A stretch of DNA of 64,000 nt from Owenia fusiformis (Eukaryota). The notes beneath the pieces were generated by a model. That model saw only the letters and a list, made by a program, of their open reading frames with translations. It was not told the origin of the DNA and ran no database searches. The stretch covers positions 2,480,001 to 2,544,000 of the forward strand of contig CAIIXF020000001.1 in NCBI GenBank assembly GCA_903813345.2, written 5' to 3'. This document shows positions 24,801-36,800 of this stretch, piece after piece. The stretch's first letter is position 1. Each line of letters opens with the position of its first letter. The translations under genes were made by a program, and so were the position numbers.

Positions 24801-27800
24801 AATCCCTTTGATTTTCCTACCAGTGATACATCATTCAATTATCTATCAATTCTGAAGATTTGAAGACAAAATATATAATACATATTGATATATCCTTATT
24901 TCAGTGAAGGAGGTACAGGTACCCCGGGACCGACATTTAACTCACATATTCAGTTTTTTAGCCAGTTTGGCAAATTTCAGTTGGATTTGAACTTTTTTAT
25001 GTTTGAAATATTTTGCTGACTGGTAACACATAAACAGTAAGTATTGTGATGTCGTGTAACAGTAAGAAGTGTGCGTGTTGTATGGTTGTGGTTTGCAGGT
25101 CAGTTTGGGAAAGCATTGTGGAAGAAGGGGTTGGTGAGAGAAGGGAACACCCTTCTCCACATGGACAATGCACCTGCCAACAGATCTCAAAATGTTCAGA
25201 AAACAATATCCCCCGACCACAAAATTGAGCCCTTGGCCAATGCACCATATTGTCCAGATCTGCCCAAATGTGACTTATTTATTTCTATACTACTAATATT
25301 TCTATATATATAGAGAGAGAAAGGACGCAGGTTTATTGACATTGATGAAATAAAACAACCCGTGCAACTGCATCTTGCTACCATGTCAGAGAATGAATTC
25401 AGCCTTGTCTCGCAATCTTTAGTTAAGAGGATGAGGAAGTGTGTACATGTAGCACTTGATGGGACATATGTAGAGGGCCCTGTATACTGAATGTGACATG
25501 AATACCACACAGTGATGATAAAATATTCAAAATCAACCATGTCATAACAAAATGGTGTAATTCATGACCATCATGGTTAGTTTTGTTCAGCCTGCATTCA
25601 ACTGCATTGCATGTTAAACAAGCTAAAATAGCTTCAGAATGTGTGACGTGGTGTCGGTCCCGGGGTACCTATACCTCCTACACGGAAATAAAGATATATC
25701 AAAATATATTACATGCTTTGTTTTCAAATCTTCAGAGTTGATAGATAATTGAATAGTGTATCACTGGTAAGAAAATCGAAGGGATTGGTCAATAAAAAGC
25801 ATCTGTGTAAAAAAGCGTCCATTACTTATTGATCACCCCTCGTACATGTCTATTTCCAGCTATACAAAGAAGTTGCCCTTCAACTGGATCTACAGGTTGT
25901 GTGCCAGCAGTATGTCCAAATACGTTACTATGATGCAATAGTGGATCTCTGTATAACAGCTGCTAATAAACGAGACCCACAGAATTTAGCTTTGCATTAT
26001 TATCGCAATGGGGAGCCACCCGAGGACACCCAAGGGATGCAGGCATTCATCATCAGGTATATATGTTTGATATCTGTTGCTGATGCAAATTATGATATGA
26101 CACTACCAATTATTATTTTTTGAATTTAAATTACCCAAGTCCTTGATAACTTGTTGTGTCAAATTTGAAATCTTAATGCCTTGGAGTGTTTGGAAACTCT
26201 CAATTTTTCCAACGAAGTAAAACTTTTAATAGCAATAGGGCATATGTATGCATATGTGATGACTAAGAAAATTTATAATTGTGCTCTTTGTGCAGTCAGA
26301 AAAATGACTGGAAGGTTGCCTATCAAATAACTATAATGAAGAATAAAGCATGAAAAGCTAAACATAGAAGAGTTGGAAGGATTTGATTTGTATTTAAGTA
26401 TTTAAAGTATTCTTGGCATAACAGGAGTATTTATTGTAGCAGTATAATAAATAAATATGTACATAATATAGGTAGTATAATAAAGTTGACACATTAGGAA
26501 ATCTCTATAACAACTATTAGAGCTCTCTACGTCAGAGAACCACTTACTAGACTCAAGGAGTAGCAAATCTATTATTTATGCAGATTGGTGAAACTAAACT
26601 TACAGGAAAATTGCATCATAAACTGAAACAATGTTTCACAGAGTTTAGTTGGTATCGCATATAACAAGTATTTGAATAGACTTAATTGATTGCTCCAGAT
26701 GAAGTCATGGCAACTAATGGATTGCAAAAAAACTTTTGCCTATTTTATAAAATTACGCATTGCCCACTTTGACCTTATTTTTAAAATGTACACCATCCAA
26801 TATAAAGACTAATTATAATGATAAATATGTACATATATTACATAAGAGTAATTAAGATACATTTGGTAAATCAGATTAAATATTAATGACCTGCAACCAC
26901 AATACAATCATTTGAATATTTAAGAAATGAATTATTTATTCATTTATGATTATTTAAGAAATGTTATACAAGTCTGTCATTTCAATGATTTAATATTCAG
27001 AATCCATATGATTTATTTAATTATACTGCAGTTACTAGGTTTTTTTTAGAATTGCAGGTATACAAGAATTTAAGATGTTTAATGATCACTGAATGACTAA
27101 TGGATTGTTGGTTATTAAAATATTAAGTGTTCATAATACAATGTGAAAAACTTCATAGCGAAAATTTTATTTCTTTTTGCATTATGAACCACTCCTTCTT
27201 TTAACAAGTCACACAAAAAACAAGCATTTAGTATGGTCTGTCAGTTTTAGCAAGCATAATAGTCAGTTGACAGACCCCCTGGTAGATGAGGCATTGAATG
27301 GTGCGTGTTTATTAAAGTAATTTGAAGTGTTTCTACCATTTAATACTTTTCTCATCTTCCCAAGCATTAGAACGGTTTGCTCTTTCCAATGCACTTTTCT
27401 GGTCAGTTTTATTCTCCTGGTGTGGGGTTGAGACAACCCTATTCTCAACCCTGTTCTTTAGTACTCCTGTAATGTTCCAACACAGTAAGAATATTTCAGC
27501 AATTGTAATGATGGACATGCCAACAAAGAATCCCAAACTACCTCCTATTTCAGAAATCATAGAGTTTATTGTGAAGTCTTCAGCCTGTTTAATTACCTTC
27601 ATCTCTAGATCCTTGAAGTAGACATTTAATCGAATGAAATTCTGTCGCAATGTATCGCCATATCTTTCTCGAAGTATCTTACTTTCATTTTCCGGTTTTG
27701 CAAAATCACAATATTCTGAGATATTGTGAAATGTATCATAGATGCTTGAGTTGATATAGTTGTCCGCAGTCATGATTAAGCGACAATAGAATGTTATCTC

Positions 27801-30800
27801 AACACCCCTCATTGGCCATTCTGCCTGGGAGAGCGTCATATCATATGTATGATACATACACTTTTCGCGACATTGACAACCATCTTGGGCAAGAATATCT
27901 GAGGAGGGATATTCACGATTTTGGCAACGAAGCTTTTCCAAGTCATTCTGAATTATAGTTAGATTGTACTGACTGGAGTTTAGCTTTAACCATTCTTGTG
28001 GATGGATTTTTAGACAATATTCTTTATGTGCTGTTACCTCATCGACAGGTAAAGAGGATTTGATGCATCCACATGTTTTGTAGATGAATCTCTGTGTACA
28101 GCTTAGTTGACAAAGTTTTTTCCTGTATGTGAAACCACCGTAGACTTCGGCATCATAATTCGCACATTTACCCCATGGTGGTTTCAACAGCTGTCGTTGA
28201 TTTACAGACAATGCGGCATTCACTGAATGTCCTGGCTCAATATCAAACCCATCATTTTCTGGATCTGGAAAAGTCCCCTTTTCATGGATAACAACTCTTA
28301 CACCTTGACTCCCACTTGTAGGATAATCTGGGTTGTATACTTGTGAGGCTTCGCTAGCATCAACAAACAAGACTAAACTCAGTCCACCTTTAGGGCCCGT
28401 GATATTTGTGCTAGGATTCGAGATTGTATTGTTAGCTCCATTAAATGTGTAACATTTATTATGTTCATGGTGATCCAGAGATTGAAAGTCTGATTTTAAA
28501 CAGGGCTTTCCTTGGTATCTACAAATTGGTATAAACTCCTCTTGTTTATGGCTGTAATCCCTGAATATATTAAAGTTTTCAATATATCCTTGAAACGAAA
28601 ACAGCTGTTTAGAAAACACATTATGAAATTCCAGTTTCTCACGATAAGCATTTTGTGAAATGTTACTGTCGAGGTAAATAGAGGAATATACTATCTGTGT
28701 GTCAAATGCAAGCATTTCTGCATAAGTATCAGCATCTATTTTCCCATTGTATAGATCTTTCAGTAACTTTGAATTCTCAGACTTTGGTATTCCAACTAAA
28801 GGACAAACAGTGACTGATGGGAAGGTAATATCTCCTTCCTCCACCTGGATTCTGTCTTTAGTTTCAAACAAGCCATATCTTATAACTATTGTTATGACCT
28901 GCCATATTGCTACACCTGTACATCCCAAGCAAAGGATAATCCAAACTGCTTTGCTTAATGTTGTTGTTCTTTGATGGATATTCCCCCAGCCATGGGCGGT
29001 GGTGTTACTTGCGAAATCATTCAGTGTTTGCTTCATTCTTGCTGCCTCATGCACAGGTCACTTGACTGTTATGCGCCTGTCTCTAGTATTTTGCCTGCTT
29101 CATTGTATACCTGCAACCATAGGGACCAGGTAAATTATCAATTGTCATTTCAGTGATGTCCACAAAATTGAAGTGGGTGTGTTCTGCATATGCCTGTATC
29201 CACCTGCTATGAAGTCATTCACACCCATTGAGGAAAACCATGAAATCTTGTTGCCTATTAACAAATTCTGGAGAGTATTATGAATTTGCACAAGCAAAAT
29301 TAAGCTTATTTTTCCTTGTATCTGGTTTGTTCAAACAGGCATCATATTTTGGTTATTGCAATGACTGTAAGCTTTATATTGTCCTGGAAGAACACTTAAC
29401 TAACCCCTTGCCCACAGCTTTATTGAAAAACTGATCAATATGCATTATAAGATGAATAGACTTATAGAGTAGAAGTAATGTTTAACCAAGGGTTGAGTCC
29501 TAAAACAAATACAAAGTTGGGGAGTAATTTACTGGAAGTTTCATACATGTATGTAACTTGTTGTTTGTAGGCTTACTAATGTAGTTAAGATCTAACTTTT
29601 TCAAAAAGTTGTCTTTAAACAGTGTTTCATACCAATGCATAGTGTGCATCCTAAGCTATCTTGTGTGTGACATCAAAAAACTGTGAAGCTGCTATAAAAT
29701 CGAAGGCATGCATGTCGTTTGTTCCAAAACAAAGCATGCATGTTGTTTATTTTAAACAAAATAATCTAGAATTTTGCTCTTTTCAGTCTTGAATTTGATG
29801 ATTTTCTAGGAAGGTTTGAAGTCCCCTCAGTATGCAAAACATGCAATCAGTACATTCAGAAAGTTTTCTTGTCAGAAATTGATTTTAATTATGTATAAAT
29901 TCTCTCTCAATAGTATTAGGTCCATTAACCACTGCAAAAGTAGTTCATATAAGAGGGGCTGTAATATGTAAGTGGGGTTGCCTATTACTGCTTTCCATTA
30001 GTTGAAAGGATTACATCAAGAAATCGCTACCACTTTGAAAAAGTGCTTTATTGTTATGTCCCCACCACATAGTGTGGGACCATATTGTCGGCCTAGGCGC
30101 ATCCGTCTGTCCGTCCGTACGTCCGGGAGTTTTCTCCTAAACCGCTACAGATATTACCTTTAAATTTTCAGGGATAACTTATGAGTGCATATAGATGTGG
30201 ATGAAAAACTTTTAACTCGATACCTACTTCCTGTCGGCCATTTTGAAGTCAAATGCTAAAATCCTTGTCTGTAAACTTTAAGAAAAACGGCTTCACAGTT
30301 GCTTTTAAAACTTTAACATCTTGTTCAGCTCACTTCATTCTAGATCTGATTAGGTTTTGGACCTGTTAGCTCAGTCATGTCAGCCATTTTGAATGTCTTA
30401 AGAAAAGTTAGCGCACGATGATACTTTGTATCATATTGAATGGTGTTTCTGAGTTTTTCATAATTTAACTATTTAGTAGCTTTATAAATAATTTCAGATG
30501 TACTTTGTTGTAAAAGCCTATGTTATTATTAATAGTAGTTATATGTGATAATTTTGTAAAAAGAAATCAGCAAAAACTCATAATCACTTTTTTATTGTCG
30601 GCCATTTTGGATTTTTCTGTCCTAAAATCTTGTCTGTGAAGTCTTGTCTACGTGTTTTCAGGTGAACCATTTGGTGGATCAATTTCAAATTTTCAGGGAT
30701 GATTCTTAGTATTGAAATCTAGATCTGATTAGATTTTTGGCACTCTGGATAAATGTCAAGGCAGCCATTTTGGATTTTCCGTCCTAAAATCTTGTCTGTA

Positions 30801-33800
30801 AAGTTTTGTCTATGCGTTTTCAGGTGAACTGTTTGGTAGATCAATTTCAAATTTTCAGGGATGATTCTTAGTATGAAAATGTAGAAGTGATTAGTTTTTT
30901 GGCATTCTGGGTAAATGTCAAGGCAGCCATTTTGGATTTTCCGTCCTAAAATCTTGTCTGTAAAGTCTTGTCTACGCATTTCCAGGTGAACCGTTCTGTA
31001 GATCAATTTCAAATTTTCAGGGATGATTCTTAGTATGAAAATCTAGATCTGATTAGTTTTTTGGCATTCTGGATAAATGTCAAGGCAGCCATTTTGGATT
31101 TTCCGTCTTAAAATCATGCCTGTAAAGTCTACGCGTTTTTAGGTGAACCATTTGGTAGATCAATTTCAAATTTTCAGGGATGATTCTTAGTGTGAAAATC
31201 TACATCTGATTAATTTTTGGCATTCTGTGTAAATGTCAAGGCAGCCATTTTGGATTTTCTGTCCTAAAATCTTGTCTGTAAAGTCTTGTTTACATGTTTT
31301 CTGGTGAACTGTGTGACGGATCAATTTAAAATTTTCAGGGGTGGTTCTTAGTATGAAAATCTAGAACTGACTAAATTTTTGGCATTCTGGATAAATTTTA
31401 AGGTGGCCATTTTGGATTTTCCGTCCTCAAATTGTGTTGGTAAAGTCTCGTCTACTCATTTTCAGAATAACCATTTGATGAGATGACCCATTGGTGGGGA
31501 CATATTGTACACATTTGTGTTCTTGTTGTCGTCTTGTGCTGAATTTTCCATAAAGTTTGTCATAAAAAATTATCCGTTCAACTCTAAAATACAGATGCAG
31601 GAGCAGACTAGTGCTACGATCTAATTATCAGGTTTAGGGAATGTTGGCTAAATAACATGATGGCCATTTTGAATTCTTTGATCAATTTTGAATTGTTCAT
31701 GATTCTTGTCATTAGAATTACAGGAAAACCAGGTACCAGTTGTCTGTTCAACTTGAAACTTTTATACATGTACGAGCAGATACGTTCCAACATCTGAATA
31801 TATTTTTGGCATGCTGGTTTAATAACAAAGTGGCCATTTTTAATCACTATTATATATTGAGTGTTAATTGTATAAGTCTTCATATTGAAAGTTTGATTTC
31901 TTTTTGCATTGTGAATCACTCCATTTAATCAGCCACACAAGTAAAAGGTACAAGCATTTATAAGTGGCCTGCAGTTTTGGCAAGCATATGAGTCAGTTGC
32001 TAGACAAATATTCTAAATGCTACCAGTTTATAAATAAGTAACTTTTTGTAGAGTGTTTCTACCATTTCATACCTTTCTCACTTCCCAGAATTATTAGAAT
32101 GGTTTGATATGTGAGATGCACTTTTCTGGGTAGCTTCATTCCCCTGATGTTCAGGTGAAACAGTAACCCTTTTCTTTAGTACTCCTACAATGTTCCAACA
32201 CAGTAAGAATATTTCTGCAATTGTAATGATGGACATACCAACGAAGAATCCCAAACTACCTCCTATTTCAGAAATCATAGAATTTATTGTAAAGTCTTCA
32301 GCCTGTTTAATTACCTTCATCTCTATATCCTTGAAGTAGACATTCAATCGAATGAAATTCTGTCGCAATGTATCGCCATACATTTTTCGAAGTATTTTAC
32401 TTTCATTTTCTGGTTTTGCGAAATTACAATATTCTGAGATGTTGTGAAATGTATCATAGATGCTTGAGTTCATGTAGTTGTCTGCAGTCATGATTAAGCG
32501 ACAGTAAAATTCTATCTCAACACCCCTCATTGGCCATTCTGCCTGGGAGAGTGTCATATCATATGTATGATACATACACTTTTCTCGGCATTTGCAACCA
32601 TCTTGGGCAAGAATATCTGAGGAGGGGTATTCATGATTTTGGCAACGCAGCTTTTTCAAGTCATTCCGAATTATAGTTAGATTGCCCTGACTAAAGTTTA
32701 GCTTTAACCATTCTTGAGCATGAATTTTTAGACAATATTCTTTATGGGCTGTTTCCTTATCGACAGGTAAAGAGGATTTGATGCATCCACATGTTTTGTA
32801 GATGAATCTCTGTGTACAGCTTAGTTGACAAAGTTTTTTCCTGTAAGTGAAGCCACCGTATACTTCAGCATCATAATTCGCACATTTACCCCATGGTGGT
32901 TTCAACAGCTGTCGTTGATTTACAGTCAATGCAGCATTCACTGAATGTCCTGGCTCAATATCAAACCCATCATTTTCTGGATCTGGAAAAGTCCCCTTTT
33001 CATGGATAACAACTCTTACACCTTGACTCCCACTTGTAGGATAATCTGGGTTGTAAATTTGTGAGCTTTCATCCGCATCAAGGAACAAGACTAAACTCAG
33101 TCCACCTTTAGGGCCTGTGATATTTGTGCTAGGATTGGAGATTGTATGGTTAGCTCCATTAAATGTGTAACATTTGTAATGTTCATGGTGATCCAAAGAG
33201 TGAAAGTCTGATTGTAAACAGGGCTTTCCTTTGTATCTACAAATTGGTATAAACTCCTCTTGTTTATGGCTGTAGTCTTTAAAAAAATCAAAGTTTTCAT
33301 AATATCCTTGAAACGAAAACAGTTGCTTAGAAAACACATCTAGAAATTCCAGTTTCTCTGAATAAGCATTTTGTGAAATGTAATTGTCAAGATAAGTAGA
33401 GGAATATAATATATATTTGCTAAATGCATCTAATTCTGCAGAAGTATCAGCATCTATCTTCCCATTGTACAGATCTTGTGTAAACTTTGCACTCCCAGAC
33501 ATCGGTAGTCCAACGAGGGGACAAACTGTGACTGATGGGAAGGTAATATCTCCTTCCTCCACTTGGATTCTGTCTTTAGTTTCAAACAAGCCATATCTTA
33601 TAACTATTGTTATGACCTGCCATATTGCTACACCTGTACATCCCAAGCAAAGGATAATCCAAACTACTTTGCTTAATGTTGTTGTTCTTTGATGAATATT
33701 CCCCCAGCCATGGGCGGTGGTGTTACTTGCGAAATCATTCAGTGTTTGCTTCATTTTTGCTGAATCATGTACTCGTACAAGTCACTTTATTGTTATGTTT

Positions 33801-36800
33801 GCTCTTTTCTGTCTTGAATTGATGAATTTTTTTCAGCAAGATTTGAAGTCCTTCAGTGTACAAAACATGCAATTAATATACTCAGAAAACGATGTTTTGT
33901 CACAAATTGATTTTAATTATTTATTGAATTTTCTCTCAATGGCATTGAAGTCCATTAACCACTGCGAAAGCATTGTTGGAATAGAATAGACTAAAAAGCT
34001 TAATGAGAGGTAGTTTATAAAAATGGGGCTTTAATATACAAGTTGGGCAGTGATGTATTTTTGATTTAGTAGAAAACAGATTATTATCATATCAGATGCG
34101 GATCGTGTCAGAATCTAATCTGCAATTCAGCTGCCTTTATAAAGTGATATATAGGAAATAATCTTTCTTGTCTATGGACACACCCAGTTCTTCGGATGTC
34201 AGCAAGAACTGTGATTGACACATGTATGTCATATTTTTTATTATTGTTGCACTTTGAAAGTGCTATATTGTTGTCTTGTGCTATTGGGTATTTGTGCGTC
34301 TACATTCGGATGGACACAACATTAATCTTTCCTGGTGCTATTGGGTATTTGTGTGTCTGTGCATTTGGATGGACACAACATTAATCTTGTTTTGAAACGG
34401 TTTATTTATAAAAGGTCCTGCTTTTCGACCATTTTTTATTTCTTTGAATAAATTCGCCTCCACGGCTTCTCTGTAAATTTGAGTAGATTTCCAGTTTGAG
34501 TGTACTCTAGTGATCCTTGGACCTTTGTAACCAATATTGACACCAAATTTTCCATCATGTAGTATTCTAGACACAAATTCCTTATCAGGATGATATTGAA
34601 GAGCATGGCTTATGTAATCTAAATTCAGGGGATTATACTGCATTATTTCCAATGGATTTTGTGCAATCACATTTTGTGTAAGGCAACTTTTTAGATTTAC
34701 AATTTTTGCACACATGTTTCTGAAGCATCGCTCTCCGAAACTGCACTCACCATATTGATATTTGTTGCATAATTCTCCAGTTTTGTCACCAATCTTTGTT
34801 TTCTCCGACGTTTTATTTGTTTCCACCTTGTTGTCCTCACGAAAAGGACAATTAGATACAAGGTGGTCTCCTTTGCATCGATAACATCTTGTTGTTGATT
34901 GTTTCACAGCAGATGCATCCAAATTAGTTGTGTACAAATATGTGTCTATAGTGCTAAATTTGAATGATTTGGTAGCTCCTAATTTTATTCGGAATTTTGT
35001 ATCGTACTGGTAAACTGCTGACCAATTGTACTTTTTGTCACAATCTTGTATATGAGATCTGTAGTCACGAAGCTCATTATATACTCCAGGGTGTTTCTCC
35101 ATTACTATTAGCTCATAAATATTCCATGCTGTCATCCATGTCATAAAAGACTGTATATGTGTTTGTTTATGTTTTTTGGCCAACTTTAATTCACCATTGT
35201 CACTACATATTATTTGTTCATTTCCTTGTACATCGATATACTGATTATATAGATTTGTTGGTAACAATTCCGTCATATTGACGTACTCACCATTGACTAT
35301 CAATTTTGAGATCTTAGGTGGTACTCCAACTTTGCACCCTTCATGTGACACTTGTAAATTAATGTCTCCTGTGTGCACATTTGATGGCAGTGGAGGTTGT
35401 TCAGGTAACAATGGCAAGGTTTGAACAGGTTTCGAAATGTTTTGTAACATAAAAGTTCGCATTTCGTCTTGGTCTTTTTGTATCTTTGATGTTACTACTG
35501 TTAATTCGGCAATTTGTTTACCCATTTCGAGAATAGCATTCATCCATGGGGGTTGTGTCACTTGTGTATGTTCCACTTCTTCCTTTGTGTGAAAATTCAT
35601 ATTTTCATTTGTTTCTTTAATCGTGCAACTCGGACCGTAAGGCCCTAAATGTCCTTTCGTGGGATTTCCACACATACTACAGCATCGTGCTCTCGCACCT
35701 TCTTCTGTTTCGGACATGTTTACAAAGTTCTATAGATGATAAATTGATAAAAATCTCACAAAACTTCAAAATTAAAAATCATTTTTTCAAGACCCCCAGC
35801 GAACTTCCACCCAGAGTGCAATTTTACACTGAACGAATGTTGATCCCCGGGGATATTTCATACATCTCTTACATTAAAATTAATTTATAATATAAATATA
35901 CATATATGGTAATGTGTATGTAGGTTCCATGGCCTTATTTGGGAGTGTGTATGTAGGTTCCATGGCCTTATATGGGAGTGTGTATGTAGGTTCCATGGCC
36001 TTATATGGTAGTGTGTATGTAGCTTCCATGGCCTTATATGGGAGTGTGTATGTAGCTTCCGTGGCCTTACATGGGAGTGTGTATGTAGCTTCCATAGCCT
36101 TATATGGGAGTGTGTATGAAGCTTCCATGGCCTTACATGGGAGTGTGTATGTAGCTTCCATAGCCTTTTATGGGAGTGTGTATGTAGGTTCCATGGCCTT
36201 ATATGGGAGATGAATGAGAAGTGAATCGATGAATTTTTTCTAAATCAAAGAGCATAGAAAGTCCAGATCTTAGCAAGGGTTATATAGTAATATAACTGAT
36301 TAAAATCTTGTTTTCTAGGAGGGAGAGTTACAGATTTATCACTGAGTTATTGGGTTACTTCCTGAATACAAGCGCAGCCCATCCATACGCCTCCAATGTT
36401 CCTGTCACCCCTGGGCCTCCCCCTCTACCTGACCCCAACATGCTTTCTGCGGTAGAAGCTGAAAAGTTTGTAAGTAGTAGGATTTCTTGTACAATATACA
36501 TGTTTATATATACATATTTCATATTTCAGGGCTTTAGGCCTGTTTGTAGATGATCAGATATTTAATGGAATAACCCAGAAGTCAGTAGGTTGTAGTTACC
36601 AGTTTCACCACCAAGTGGCTAATTCGGGTCAGATAACATGGCAGATATATTAGAAAGTTCCCTTAAACTTGAATATTCGTCAGCTCTAGTGGATCAATTT
36701 TCATATTTTTACCCTTATATGTATCTGATAGTTATACAAATGGAAATGTGTCCAGTTGAACAAAATATTATCTGTCCAATAAAAGAAAAGAAACTTCACT

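Noticed and set aside
30719-31012. 97-aa ORF with an internal repeat (also 39842-40036)
   Set aside because: Translation of tandem satellite units inside a non-autonomous element
35880-36213. Repetitive ORFs [11 protein letters not shown] / [11 protein letters not shown]
   Set aside because: By-product of a stop-free 30-bp minisatellite that is open on both strands; no splice or start context
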